Part shown: piece by piece, positions 1-14,780 of the stretch
Numbering within the stretch: position 1 is the first letter of the stretch
Layout: each line of letters starts with the position of its first letter
Source of the DNA: Trichechus inunguis
Taxonomy: Eukaryota
Direction: 5' to 3'
Length of the DNA stretch: 64,000 bases
Assembly (NCBI GenBank): GCA_046562895.1
Contig: CM102171.1
Location: 24,279,509 to 24,343,508, forward strand
Position numbers and translations under genes: made by a program
The notes under the pieces: generated by a model
What the model was told of the DNA's origin: nothing
Database searches by the model: none
Seen by the model: only the letters and a program-made list of their open reading frames with translations

Positions 1-424
1 GGCATTACGTACATTTACAAGTTGTGTAACCATTGCTATTATCTATTTCCAGAACTTTTTCATCACCCTGAGCAGAAACTGTACCCCTTAAGCAGTAACT
101 CCTCATTATCCTCTCCCCTCAACGTCTGGTAACTTCTAATCTACTTTCTGCTTTTATGAATCTGCCTAGATATTTTATATAAGTGGGATCAAACAATATT
201 GTCTTTTTGTATCACTTAGCATAATGTTTTCAAGGCTTATGTCGTAGCATGTATCAGTACTTCATTCCTTTTTATGGCTGAGTAATATTCCCTTGTATGT
301 ACATACCACATTTTATTTATCCATTTATCTGTCAGTGGGCACTTGGGTTGCTTCCACCTTTTGGCTATTGTGACTGATGCTGCAGTGTGGTACTTCTGTG
401 TTTAACCTTTTGAGAAACTGCCTG

Positions 425-925
425 TCATGGATTGAATTGTGTCCCCCAAAAATATGTCAGCTTGGCTGGGTCATGATTCCCAGTACTGTATAATTGTGTA
501 CCATTTTGTAATCTGATGTGATTTCCTTATGTGTTGTAAATTCAATCACTATGATCTAATAAGATGGATTAGTGGCAGTTGTACTGATGAGGTTTACAAG
601 ATTGGATAGTGTCTTAAGCCAATCTCTTTTGTGATATAAAAGAAGTGAGTAGAGACACATGGGAACCTCATACCACCAAGAAAGCAGTGCCAGGAGCAGA
701 GTGCATCCTTTGGACCTGAGGTTCCTGTGCAGAGAAGCTCCCAGACCAGGGGAAGACTGATGATGCATCACAAGGAGCTTCCTCCAGAGCTGACAGAGAA
801 AGCCCTCCCCTGGAGCTGACGCCCTGCATTTGGATTTGTAGCCTACTAGACTGTGAGAGAATAAACTTCTCTTTGTTAAAGCCATCCACTTGTGGTATTT
901 CTGTTATAGCAGCACTAGATACCTA
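425..925 (+). mobile_element. MaLR-type (THE1/MST-like) solo LTR, ~500 bp, copy 1
   Basis: Begins tcatggattgaattgtgtcccccaaaaatatgtcag and ends ...agaataaacttctctttgttaaagccatccacttgtggtatttctgttatagcagcactagatacctaaga. The layout, with TG...CA ends and an internal AATAAA, resembles human THE1 LTRs. Two further full copies lie at 46735-47215 and 55200-55685. Confidence 0.55.
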
Positions 926-1068
926 AGATGCTGCCAAACTGTTTTCCACAGTGGCTGTACTATTCCCACCAGCAATGCACAAGGATTCTAATTTCTCCAC
1001 ATTCTCTCCAGCACTTGTTATTTTCTGTTGTTGTTGTTTTCCTTTATAATAACCATCCTAGTGCATAT

Positions 1069-1267
1069 GAGGAATCTCTGGATGGTGCAAACAACACGCT
1101 CGCCTGCTAACCAAAAGATTGGAGGTTTGAGTCCACCCAGAGGCACCTCAGAAGAAAGGCCTGGAGATCTATTTTGGAAAAATCAGTCATTGGAAACACT
1201 AGAGAGCACAGTTCTACTATGACACACGTGGGGTTGCCAGGAGTTGAATCTATTTGATGGCAACTAG
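1069..1267 (+). mobile_element. AfroSINE, long form (tRNA-derived SINE with a ~40-bp extra internal segment)
   Basis: ...ggtgcaaacaacacgctcgcctgctaaccaaaagattggaggtttgagtccacccagaggcacctcagaagaaaggcctggagatct...cacacgtggggttgccaggagttgaatctatttgatggcaactag. Same family as 2545-2742, 3928-4040, 39350-39545(-), 9160-9440(-) and 49350-49640(-). Confidence 0.6.
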
Positions 1268-1337
1268 TAACTGCTAAATTGGTGTGAAGTGGTTATCTCA
1301 TTGTAGTTTTGATTTGCATTTCCTTAAGGATTAATGA

Positions 1338-1522
1338 AGGAGCCCTGGTGGCACAGTGGTTAAGTACTCAGCTGTTGCCCAAAAGGTCAGCAGTTGGAAC
1401 CTACCAGCAGCTCTGGGGGAGTCTACTTCCATAAAGATTGCAGCCTTGGAAACCCTATGGGGCAGTTCTACTCTGTCCTGTAGGGTCACTATGAGTCAGA
1501 ATTGACTCGACGGCATCGAGTT
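1338..1522 (+). mobile_element. AfroSINE (short form)
   Basis: ggagccctggtggcacagtggttaagtactcagctgttgcccaaaaggtcagcagttggaacctaccagcagctc...ccctatggggcagttctactctgtcctgtagggtcactatgagtcagaattgactcgacggcatcgag. Confidence 0.85.
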
Positions 1523-1964
1523 TGGAAGCACTAATGATGTTGAACACCTTTCTGTGTGCTTATTGCCCATTTATATATCTTTGCAAAAACGTCTATTCAA
1601 ATTCTTTGCCCATTTTTAAATTGGATTCTTTGGTTTTTTTTTTTTGTTGTTGAGTTGTAGGAATTCTTTACATATTCTGGATATTAAACCTTTGTCAGAT
1701 ATATGATATCCAAATATTTTTTTCCCAATCTGTGGATCTTCTTTTTACTCTCTTTATAGTGTCCCATGATGCACATAAGTTTTTAATTTTGATGAAGTCC
1801 AATTTATTTTTTCTTTTTTTGCCTGTGCTTTTGGTGTAATATTTAAGAAACCATTCCCAAATCTAAGGTCTTGAAGATTTGCCCCTATTTTTTGTTCTAA
1901 GAGTTTTCTAATTTTAACTCTTACATTTAGGTCTTTAATCTATTTTCAGTTAATTTTTTTATAC

Positions 1965-3050
1965 TGTGTGAGGACCTACAAAATATGTAAAGCAAAAATG
2001 GAAAGAATTGAAGGGAGAAATAGACACCTATAATAGTAGTTGGAGACTTCAATACCTCACTTTCGATAATGGATAGAAGAGCCAGACAGAAGATCAATAA
2101 GGAAGTAGAGGACTTGAACAACTCTGTAAACCAATAAGACCTAACAGATACACCTTCTTCTCAAGTACATATGGTTCGTTCTCCAGGATAGAGCATATGC
2201 TGGGCCACAAAACAAACCTTAATAAATTTAAAAAGATTGAAATCATATAAAGTATCATTTCCAATCACAATGGGATGAAACCACAAGTCACTAATAGTAG
2301 GAAAACTGGAAAATTCACAAATATGCGGAAATTAAGCAGCAGTCTTCAACGATCAATGAGTCAAAGAAGAAATCAGGAGGGAAATTATAAAATAACTTGA
2401 GACAAATGAAATTAAAACACAACATACCAAAACTTACGGAATGCAGCAAAAGCAGTGCTAAGAGGGAAATCTATAGATGTAAATGCCTATGTGAAAAAAG
2501 AAGAAAGATCTCAAATCAATAACCTGACTGTACACCTTAAGGAAAGTCCCTGGGTGGTGCAAATGGTTAAGCACTGGACTACTAGCTGAAAGCTTGGGGG
2601 TTTCAACACACCCAGAGGCACCTTGGAAGACAAGCCTGGTGATCTGCTTCTGAAAGTTCACACTTGAAAACCCTATGGAGTACAGTTCTACTCTGACACA
2701 TATGGGGTGGCCACGAGTTGGAATCAAGACAATGGCAGCCACCACTAACGAACAACAATACCTTGAGGAAATAGCAAACTAAACCCAAAACTAGCAGAAG
2801 GAAGGAAATAAAGATTAGAGTGGAGATAAACAGAGCAGAAATGAAAACCTGGTGGATCACAACAGAATATGTCTGATATAGACACATCATACGGATGTGT
2901 TTACCCAAGTGGAGAAAAAGAAGAATAAAGTAGGAGGATTCGCACTACCTGACCTCAGAACCTACAGTACAGCTACAGTAGTCAAAACAGCCTGGTACTG
3001 GTATAACAACAGACACATTGACTAATGGAACAGAAGTGAGAACTCAGATG
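1965..3050 (+). mobile_element. L1 ORF2 fragments (endonuclease/RT region, internally deleted), with a nested AfroSINE at 2545-2742
   Basis: Translates to ...VGDFNTSLS.MDRRARQKINKEVEDLNNSVNQ.DLTDT... and later [38 protein letters not shown]-like text, typical of L1 ORF2p. Confidence 0.6.
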
Positions 3051-3243
3051 CTTCTCTATCAATTACAACTTTAGTTGTGATTCATTCCTCGTATTTTCTA
3101 GATAAGAATTTTTATGATAACCAGTAAGGTTATAATTATCTCTGCTTTCTGACAGTATCCAAGCCAGAGAAAAGCCTCCCTTACTTGAGCCTTTCTCAGA
3201 AATCCTGTAATAAGCCCAAATTCTTTAATAAGTACTTTCTAAC

Positions 3244-3640
3244 ATGCTCTTCCACTGCCCATCTGTCAGTTCGTTGTACTGTGGTGGCTTGCAGGTTGCT
3301 ATGATGCTGGAAGCTATGCTACCGGTATTTCAAATACCAGCACGGGAACCCATAGTGGACAAGTTTCAGGGGAGCTTCCAGACTAAGACTAGAAAGAAAA
3401 CCCTGGTGATCTACTTCCAAAAATTAGCCAATGAAAAGGAAGAACCAATCATGCTTGATAAAGTAGAGCACCAACAAAAATGCGGGAAACCCTCAATGAG
3501 ATGGATTGACCCAATGGTTGCAACAATGAACTCAAACATACCAATGATCATGAAGCTAGCACAGGACCTGACAATGTTTCATTCTGTTATACATGGGGTT
3601 TCCATGAGTTGGAGCCCATTCAATGGCAACTAACAACAAC
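3244..3640 (+). mobile_element. RTE/BovB-type LINE 3' ORF fragment
   Basis: ORF ...QKCGKPSMRWIDPMVATMNSNIPMIMKLAQDLTMFHSVIHGVSMSWS resembles the RTE ORF C-terminus (RGRPxxRWIDTVAATM...RMAQD...VVHRVAMS) seen again at 23700-23930, 32400-32560 and 35820-36190(-). Confidence 0.6.
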
Positions 3641-4040
3641 ATCCTCTTGCTGAGAGGCTCCATGGTGCCCCATAGTGTGCAGTCTTCCTTGTTCAACTGC
3701 ATGGGTGTTCCTAGTGTTTTCTTGGCTAAAGGGCATTGTCAGAAGTGGAGGATCCCCAGAGATTCAGCTGAAGCCCTCACTGCCTTGGACTGGGACCCTT
3801 AACTCAAGCAATGATGTGCGTATCTGAGACCCCTTGTGTCTCCACCTGTTTGAGAAGCCACCCCGCCATGGCTGAAAGGTAGGTTCTTGCTCAATTGAGC
3901 TCTGATATTTTGTTGAGGCCCTTGGAATAAGGTGGTGCAAAGGCTTTGTGCTCAACTGCTAACCTAAAGGTTTGAACTCACCCAGTGGTATCGAGGAAGA
4001 AAAGGCCTGGCAATCTACTTCCATTAAAATTACAGCCAAG

Positions 4041-5486
4041 ACATAAACAGGATACAAACCATAATTAACAATACACAAACACCAGCAGATAAACTAGATA
4101 ACTGGGATCTTCTAAAAATTAAACACTTATGCTCATCAAAAGATTTCACCAAAAGAGTAAAAAGAGAACCTACAGACTGGGAAAAAAATTTTGCCTATGA
4201 CAAATTCGACAAAGGTCTAATCTCTAAAACCTACAGGAAAATCCAACACCTCTACGACAAAAAGACAAATAATCCAATTAAAAAATGGGCAAAGGATATG
4301 AACAGACATTTCACCAAAGAAGACATTCAGGCAGCTAACAGACACATGAGGAAATTCTCGAGATGACTCACCATTAGAGAAATGCAAATCAAAACCACAA
4401 TGAGATACCATCTCACCCCAACATGACTGACACAAACCAAAAAAACAGAAAATCACAAACGTTGGAGAGGCTGCGGGGAGACTGAAACTCTTATGCACTG
4501 CTGGGGGAATGCTAAGTGGTACAACCATTTTGGAAAACGATATGGCGCTTCCTTAAAAAGCTAGAAATAGAAAAACCGTATGATACAGCAATCCCACTCC
4601 GAAGAATACATCCTAGAGAAATAAGAGCTGTCACACAAATAGACATATGCACACCCATGTTCACTGCAGCATTATTCACAATAGCAAAAACATGGAAACA
4701 ACCTAAGTGCCCATCAACAGATGAATGGATAAACAAACTATGGTACATACACACAATGGAATACTATGCAACAATAAAGAACAATGATGAATCTTTGAAA
4801 CGTCTCACAACATGGATGAATCTGGAGGGCATTATGCTGAGTGAAAGAAGTCAATCACAAAAGGACAAATATTGTATGAGACCACTATTAGAAAAACTCA
4901 TGAAAAGATTTACACACCAGAAGAACAATCTTTGATGGTTATGAGGAAGGGGAAGCGTGGAGAGGGAAAAACACTACATAGACAACAGATAAGTGGTAAC
5001 TTTGGTGAAGGGTAAGACAGTACACAATACTGGGGAAGCCAGCACAACTTGTGCAAGGCAAGGTCTTGGAAGCCCCATAGACACATTCAAACTCCCTGAG
5101 GGACCAAATTACTGGGCTGAGGGCTGGGGACCACAGTTTCAGGGAACATCTAGCTCAATTGGCATAACATAGTTTATAGAGAAAATGTTCTACATTCTAC
5201 TTTGGTGAGTAGCATCTGGGGACTTAAAAGCTTGTGAGCAGCCATCTAAGATACTCCACTGGTCTCACCCCACCTGGAACAAGGGAGAAAACCAAAGACG
5301 CAAGGGAAAGATTAGTCCAAAGGACTAACGGACCACAAGTACCACAGCCTCCACCAGACTGAGTCCAGCACAACTAGGTGGTGCTCAGTTACCACCAATG
5401 ACTGCTCTGACAGGGGTCACAATAGAGTGTCCCAGACAGAGCTGGAGAAAAATGTAGAACAAAATTCTAAGTCACAAAAAAAAAAA
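4041..5486 (+). mobile_element. L1 3' end: ORF2 C-terminus plus 3'UTR plus A15 tail
   Basis: ORF 4516-4935 MVQPFWKTIWRFLKKLEIEKPYDTAIPLRRIHPREIRAVTQIDICTPMFTAALFTIAKTWKQPKCPSTDEWINKLWYIHTMEYYATIKNNDE is canonical L1 ORF2p C-terminus. A poly(A) lies at 5467-5486. Confidence 0.85.
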
Positions 5487-5487
5487 A

Positions 5488-5848
5488 AAAGACCAGACTT
5501 ACTGGTCTGACGGAGATTGGAAAAACTCCAAGAGTATGGCCCCTGGACACCCTTTTAACGCAGTACTGAAGTCACTCCTGAGGTTCACCCTCAGCCAAAG
5601 ATTAGACAGGCCTATAAAACAAAATGACACTAAATGGGCACACCAGTCCAGGGGCAAGGACAAGGCTGGGGGGGACAGGAAAGCTGGTAATAGGGAACTC
5701 AAGGTCCAGAAGGGGAGAATGTTGACATGCTGTGGAGTTGGCAACCAATGTCACAAAACAATATGTGTATTAATTGTTTAAGGAGAAACTAACTTGCTCT
5801 GTAAACCTTCATCTGAAGTACGTTTAAAAAAATTTTTTTTTTAAAAAA
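5488..5848 (+). mobile_element. ~360-bp L1-3'-tail-like short retroposon with A-rich tail, copy 1. Other copies: 14408-14760, 54950-55199 plus 55686-55790, and 57290-57545.
   Basis: ccagacttactggtctgacggagattggaaaaactccaagagtatggcccctggacaccc...caatatgtgtattaattgtttaaggagaaactaacttgctctgtaaaccttcatctgaagtacgtttaaaaaaa. Copies 1 and 2 share the identical 5' end ccagacttactggtctgac. Confidence 0.55.
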
Positions 5849-6949
5849 GGATCACAGCCAAGAAAACCCTCCGAAGCAGTTGTACTCTGTAACACACGTG
5901 GTCGCTATGAGCCGGCATCAGCGTGATGGCAACAGGTTTGTTTTGTGGGTTTTTTTTTTTTTTTTGGTGGATTTTTTGGTTATCTGACCATGTTTTTCTT
6001 TTTGTTTGGTGAAATTAGCCAATGAAAACCTTGTTTTCTAGACTTCTATACCTGCGCCTATGGTTTGTCTAGTATTTTGAGTGTTGTTTGTAAGAGGAAA
6101 AGTCAATAGGGAAAGGATAGGCAGGGTGCTGAGAAGACAGCCAACAGGTAACCCACACCTGCCGGCAAAGGGTAGGCACATGCAGAGTTAATCACTGTAA
6201 CGCACACGTGGCAGCCCCGAACATCTAATGGCATCACAGACTTGTCATTGCTCCGTCTCAGGTGGCTGAACACCACTTGTCCCTCTAAGAAGTTGGGGGA
6301 CATCAACACCTCAGGAGTCGTGTAACTAGTTAGCATGCCAGAGTCTCATTCATTATCAGAATTAACCAGACAAATCGCTCCATCAACTAAAGGCCAATAA
6401 TTCTGTCCTCCAACCAGCCCCTGAGTCTGCGGAATTCAAAAGATATCCTCATACCAACGTTGTTTGGATAAACTTTGCCTCAGGGCACCATTTTAAAATT
6501 CTTAGAAGGACTTCTTCTTCAGTTTTGTCTGTGTCCTTGAGAATGCTTTGTTTCATTTCTACTGCCCAGAATCAGGAGATTTTGTCTGGCCCTGATGAGT
6601 GACAACTGGCCTTTGGCCAAGTTCCGGAAATATAAAATTGTACAAACACCACCCTTGTCTTAATCTAAAACTGGGCCAATAATCTGCTTCCTTCATGTCT
6701 TCTCATAATTACACTAACTTGTACCCTTATCTCTCTAACTGGCACAATTTCACCCGGAACAAATTGGAATTGCAATGGCTACTTTGGAGAACTTTTGACA
6801 AGAAAAAGATTGTTCATTTGAGAAGTATTTTAAAACAAAAGGGGAAAGAAACCCTCACTAGGAGATTGTCATATTTGTCAAAAAGAGAGATTATTCTGTT
6901 TAACATAGGAGATTTTTTCCCTCCTTAATTTCTGCTCTTTGGGGATTAA

Positions 6950-8215
6950 TATGTGCTGGCTTTTTTTTTTTTTAAATTGAGGTGAAATTCACATAATATA
7001 AAATTAACCATTAACCATTTTACAGCGTACAATTCAGTGGCATTTAGTACCTTCCCAATGTATGATGTTGTATAACCATCACCTCTATCTAGTTCCAAGA
7101 CATTTTCATCACCCCAAAAGAAAACCCCATGCCCATTATGCAGTTACTCCCCATTTCCCTTTCCCCAAGCCCCTGGCAATCACTAGTTTGCTTTCTGTCT
7201 CTACGAATTTGCCTATACTAGGTATTTCATATAAGTGGAATTATACAGTATGTGACCTTTTGTTCCTGGCTTCTTTCATTTAGCACAATGTTTTCAAAGT
7301 TCATCCATGTTGTAGCACGCATCCGTATTCCTTCTTGTGGCTTTTTGTGGCAGGTATTCCTTTTTGTGGCTGAATAATATTCCATTGTACAGATATATCA
7401 CGTTTATTTATCCATGCATCCGTTGATGGACATTTGAGTTGTTTCAGTGCTGGCTTTTTAAAAAAATTTTATTTTTTATTATGGTGAAAATATACTTAAC
7501 AAAACATATGCTATCTCAACAATTTCTACATGTACAATTCAGTAACATTGACTACATTCTTTAAGTAGTGGAACTATTCTTACTATCCTTTTCCAAAGCA
7601 TTCTACCACCATTAACATAAACTCAATGCCCCTTAAGCATAAACTCTCTCTTTTCCCTTTCCTCTCATACCTAGTAACCACTAATAATCTTTGGTTTCTA
7701 TATATATTTGCTTATTTTATGTAAGTGAGACCATACAGCGTTTGTCCTTTTGCGACTGACTTAGTTCATCCAGCATGAAGTTTCCAAGGTTTATCCACAT
7801 TGTGGCATGCATCGGGACTTCATTTTTCTTTATGGCTGAGCAGTATTCCATTGTGTGTATATACCACATTTTGTTTATCCGTTCATTTGTTGATGGACAT
7901 TTCTATTGTTTCCATCTTTTGGGTATTGTGAAAAGTACAGCAATGAACATTGGTGTACAGGTTTCTGTTTATGTTCCTGCCTTCACTTCTTCTGGGTATA
8001 TGCCTAGGATTGAGATTGTTTTCTAGCCTTCTGTACCTGCTCCTATGGTCTGTCTAGTATTTTGGTAGTTCTACGTTCAATTTTTTGAGGAACCGCCAAA
8101 CTGTTTTTCAGAGTAGCTGTGCCATCTTATATTCCTACCAGCAATGGATGAGGGTTCCAATTTCTCCACAACCTCGCCAATACTTGTTTTTGTTTTTTTT
8201 TTAATCAATGCTATT
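6950..8215 (-). mobile_element. Two consecutive L1 3'-end fragments in antisense orientation
   Basis: Repeated blocks ...cacaatgttttcaaagttcatccatgttgtagcacgcatc...gctgaataatattccattgtac... and ...tattgtgaaaagtacagcaatgaacattggtgtacag...gttttctagccttctgtacctgctcctatggtctgtctagtattttgg...ccaaactgtttttcagagtagctgtgccatcttatattcctaccagcaatggatgag. Confidence 0.6.
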
Positions 8216-8379
8216 TTAATAGGGGCTAGATGGTGCAGTGCAGTAAGTTACTTAATATGGTTCTTCTAGCCATAGGCTTTGTAACTCCCACCAAATGATT
8301 AGATGGGACTATGCAAATGAGGTGCTCATGGCCCACCGACTGAATGGGACCTAACCTAACAACAACAATGGCTAATGAT

Positions 8380-9150
8380 GTTGAGCATCTTTTTATGTGC
8401 TTACTGCTCATTTGAATATCCTTTCTGATTAAATGTTTGTTCAAGTCCTTTGCCCATTTTTTTTCACATTTTTTTTATTGTGCTTTAGATGAAGGTTTAC
8501 AGAACAAGTAGTTTCTCATTAAACAGTTAGTGCACATACAGTTTTATGACAATGGTTAACAACCCTATAACATGTCAACACTGTCCCTTCTCAACCTTAG
8601 GTTCCCTATTACCAGCTTTCCTGTCCCCTCCTGCCTTCTAGTCCTTGTCCCTGGACTGTTGTGCCCCATTAGTCTTGTTTTGTTTATGGGGCTGTCTAAT
8701 CTTTGGCTGAACCGTGAACCTCGAGAGTGACTTCATTACTGAGCTAAAAGGGTGTCCGGGGGCCATACTCTCGGGGTCTTTGCCCATTTTTTGATTGGGT
8801 TGTTTGTCTTTTTGTTGTTAAGTTGTAGGCGTTTTATATATTCTTTGGATATTAGACTCCTATCGGATATATGGTTTCTGCAAATTTTCTCCCAATCTGT
8901 AGGTTGTCTCTCCCCTTTCTTGGTAAAGTCCTTTGATAAACAAAATTATTTACTTTTTATGAGGTCCCATTTACCTGTTTGTGTTTTGCTACTTGTGCTT
9001 TTGTTGTCATAGCTCATAATGCATTGTGAAAAACTAGGTGCCATAGCCTCCGCCATATATTTTCTTCTAAGAATTTTATGGTTTTAGTTTTCACATTTGG
9101 GTCCTTGATCCATTTTGAATTGGTTTTGGTGTACAGTGTGATGCTGGCTT
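8380..9150 (-). mobile_element. L1 fragment (antisense)
   Basis: ORF 8752-9012 MSGGHTLGVFAHFLIGLFVFLLLSCRRFIYSLDIRLLSDIWFLQIFSQSVGCLSPFL is the classic spurious ORF on the L1 antisense strand. Confidence 0.55.
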
Positions 9151-9159
9151 TTTAATCGT

Positions 9160-9760
9160 ACGTTGATGTTGTTGTTAGCTGCCATTTAGTTGATCTCTGA
9201 CTTATGACAGCCCCATGCACAACAGGATGGGACTGTTGTGATCCATGGGGTTTTCACTGGCTGATTTTCAGAAGTAGGTTGCCAGGCTTTTCTTCCTAGT
9301 CTGTCTTAGTCTGGAAGCTCTGGTGAACCTGGTTGGCATCATAGGAATGCACAAGCCCCAACTGACTGATGGGTGATGAGGTGCATTGCCAGGAATGAAA
9401 CCCAGGTCTTGATTAAATTGTCAAGGGCCTGAATTATTTCTTAAATCAGCTGTAATGTCACTCTTTTTTTTTTTAAAAGTACGGATATGTCAAAATCTGT
9501 TTTGTTTTGTTTAAACATTCCTCCTTTGCCTTGCAGAGACAACACAATTAGCCTTTTACAGTGATAATTTCATATTTGTCTGAAGTAGCTCCTTCTCATT
9601 TTTTTTCTGTCCTTCTCCATCTCTTGGAAAACTTTAAAGATTATCTAATCAAAAAAGTATTCAATTGGTATGTATAAACTCTAGGAATATCTAGTCCAGT
9701 TAAACAGTCAAAAATTCTAAAAGAAATATAAACTTATTAAACTATTTATGTTTCCATTGT
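9160..9760 (+). repeat. ~0.6-kb composite repeat unit, copy A: long-form AfroSINE in minus orientation (9160-9440) followed by ~330 bp of shared non-coding sequence
   Basis: About 85-90% identical by eye to 49350-49950 over the whole length (...ctgactgatgggtgatgagg.gca.t.gcc.g.aat.aaacc.gggtcttgattaaattgtcaagggcctga.tt.tt...gtcactct...tggaaaactt.taaagatta...ttattcaattg.tat.tata.actc.a.gaatatctagt..agttaaacagtcaaaaat.tctaaaag). Confidence 0.6.
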
Positions 9761-10299
9761 GGGCACTGAAAAGTATGCTTATGTAATTGTCTTTGTTATT
9801 GTAGTTACAAGATAAGAAAAGGCCTCCGTTCCAAGATAAAAAGAACTTTTGACATGATCCAGTGTCTTTAAAATTTAATTTGCCATATAAAAATAATATC
9901 AGCACAACTAGTTTGTACAAGATCAGAGTTAATTTTCTCATGATTTGAGCTTTCTCGGTATTTTGAAAATATTCTTAGTATTTTACATTGGTTTTATGAG
10001 TTAAGTAAGTTATAGTTTTCATACCTTACTTAAAATTATATATATGCGTGTGTGTATTCAACTAAAAGGAATGGTAAGAATGGGTACCTTTTTTGGGATA
10101 TCTCCTTAAAAGGTTTAATTTCTGTAGAATGGGAACCTAAACTGCATGTAAAACTTCACCAAAAACACAATAAAATATTATTTTTTTTAAAATGTTTAAT
10201 TTCATGAAATTTTTACAATATTTCAAATCATAAGGATTTAATGTGTTAGCTAAAACTCTCATTTCCAGATCCTTGACTAATTTTAAGGCCTTAGACAAA

Positions 10300-10319
10300 T
10301 AATTAATTAATTAATTAAT
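10300..10319. repeat. (AATT)n microsatellite
   Basis: aattaattaattaattaat inside an AT-rich, repeat-poor stretch (9.9-11.1 kb). Confidence 0.85.
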
Positions 10320-10636
10320 AATCTTTAGCAGTCTGGGCAATTTCTACATAAGAAACAAATACAAAACATTGGTTACTAAACATAATTTTTACCCTTATTT
10401 CTCAGAATTGCAATAGATTAGCAAAACATGGAAATGCCTTTGGATGAAGTTATAACTACTTTTTTTTTTTGCCACCACAAATTTGTTACAATGGTATCAA
10501 ATGAATTCTAACAGGAAAAAAATAGCTAAATAATTCCTGGTGTTCTGTTTTCTAGTTTTCTTTTGTGTTTGGAAAAAAGAAAAGTTGGTTACTTTGGTTA
10601 AAGGTGATAATATAAAGGACTGGCTATACTAGGTAT

Positions 10637-10788
10637 GGAGCCCTGGTGGCATAGTGGTTAAGAGCTACAGCAGCTAACCAAAAGGTTGGCGGTTTGAATC
10701 CACCAGCTGCTCCTTAGAAACTCTATGGGGCAGTTCTACTCTGTCCTATAGGGTCACTATGAGTCAGAATTGACTCAATGGCAATAGG
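10637..10788 (+). mobile_element. AfroSINE
   Basis: ggagccctggtggcatagtggttaagagctacagcagctaaccaaaaggttggcggtttgaatccaccagctgctcc...ctatgagtcagaattgactcaatggcaatagg. Confidence 0.85.
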
Positions 10789-11941
10789 AACACTAGGTAT
10801 AATAAGTGCCAAAAAATACAAATATATATGCAAAATAATGGTTATGATTTTCTCTTATATATTTTAAAATTATATATTATACATAATTTATCAAAATGGT
10901 AAAGCTAATGATATATACATTGTTTTATTTAGTATACTAATAAGTTATTATATTTTAAAGCTTTACATTTATTACCTATTTGTATATTTATATATCCATG
11001 TATGCCTAAATACAAAGTATATTAAATCCTTTACTGAAAATTGTTACATAAATAATATGTAAAAGGAGTAGAATGATAAGCGCTGTAAGTATTTATTAAA
11101 TAAACCACCCAGAAAAGTTTTTTTCTTTTTAAGATGGCTGTCCCAGGGCTAAGTCTTCTATCTGTATCCTGTTCCAGGCCATCTCATCCAGGCCTGTGAT
11201 TTTGGACATCATTTAAATCTCTAACCCTCACCTCTCACCTGAACTCCAGTTTCTTCAAAAATCTGGCACCTCCAAACTTCCCCTCAGATTTCTCCCAGAA
11301 TCCATATCCACCAAGTTGAAGCCAAAAGCCTTGGAGGCATTCTTGATTCTTCTCTGTTATCCCAACATTCAAGCATGCAGCAAGGAAGTGCTATTAACTC
11401 TGCCCCCCAGCATTTCCAAGTCCATCCACTTCTCTCCACTTTCCACACCTCACCCTCATCCAAACCACTATCGTCTCTTTGCAGGATGGTTGCATAGCTC
11501 CTAGCTGGTCTCCCTGCCTCAGCCTCAGCAACCAGAATGATACTTTTAAAATATAAACCATGTCACTTCTCTGCTTAAGGCCTCCATTTCTCACAGAGTG
11601 AGAAATCCAAACTCCTTACCCCGGCCTGTAAGGCCCTGTGTCATCTCTTTCACTTCTCTCTCACCTGTCCCCCTGCTGTCACTCTCCTCTGCTCCTGCCT
11701 TGGGGCCTTTGCACTTGCTCTTCCCTCTGCCTGGGATGTTCTTCCGTGACTGCCACATTGCTGGTGCCTTGTCATAATTCAAGTGTACCACCATCACCCC
11801 CTTAGAGAGTCCGTCAGTGCCCACCCCATCTGAGGCCCAACCCCAAACCTCAGAACCTCCGTGACTGAGACCTGGAAATCCATATTATTTATTTATTTTT
11901 GTAGTAAAATTCCAAGTCCTGTATTTGGTAACAATTTTGAT

Positions 11942-14324
<2,383 letters not shown>

Positions 14325-14367
14325 TGAACATCTGTTTGGTGATTGGGGCTGAATTTCCTAAGTCTAA

Positions 14368-14373
14368 AATAAA
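14368..14373 (+). promoter_or_regulatory. PAGR1: Polyadenylation signal AATAAA, probably PAGR1
   Basis: Hexamer about 210 nt downstream of the PAGR1 stop. An L1-3'-tail-like retroposon begins about 35 nt later. Confidence 0.5.
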
Positions 14374-14780
14374 AGATGCAAAATTATCTGCTCTTAAGAA
14401 ATGGGAAGGCCAGACTTACTGGTCTGACAGAGACTGGAGAAACTCCAGGAGTATGGCCCCTGGAAACCCTTATAGCTCAGTATTAAAGTCACTCCTGAGG
14501 TTCACACTGCAGCCATAGATTAGAGAGGCCCATAAAACAAAAGGAGACTAAGCGGGCACACCAGCCCAGGGGCAAGGACGAGAAGGTAGGGAGAGACATG
14601 AAAGCTGGTAATGGGGAATGCAAGGTTGAGAAGGGGAGAGTGTTGACATGTCGTGGGGTTGACAACGAATGTCTCAAAACAATATGTGTATTAATTGTTT
14701 AATGAGAAACTTGTTTGCTCTGTAAACCATCTAAAGTACAATTAAAATAATAATCATAAAAAAAGAAAAGGGGCTGTGGC

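Larger units (their letters stand above)
1..1960 (-). mobile_element. L1 LINE 3' portion (ORF2 C-terminal region read antisense), broken by nested insertions: LTR at 425-925 and SINEs at 1069-1267 and 1338-1522
   Basis: The + strand shows typical antisense-L1 text (cataatgttttcaaggcttatgtcgtagcatgtatcagtacttcattcctttttatggctgagtaatattcc...ttttgagaaactgcc | aaactgttttccacagtggctgtactattcccaccagcaatg...). The same sequence recurs at 6950-8215. Confidence 0.6.

Noticed and set aside
8222-8375. Two copies of an unclassified ~150-bp repeat (ggggctagatggtgcagtg...ctatgcaaatgaggtgctcatggcccacc). The second copy, at 56985-57200, has an internal triplication of ctatgcaaataaggta.
   Set aside because: Clearly repetitive, but I cannot name the family and it overlaps no gene. 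It is noted here rather than listed as a feature.
11590-11830. Segment resembling an ancient mammalian interspersed repeat (ctgccttggggcctttgcacttgctcttccctctgcctggg...)
   Set aside because: I recognise the motif from old mammalian repeats but cannot assign the family with confidence, so it is left unannotated rather than guessed.
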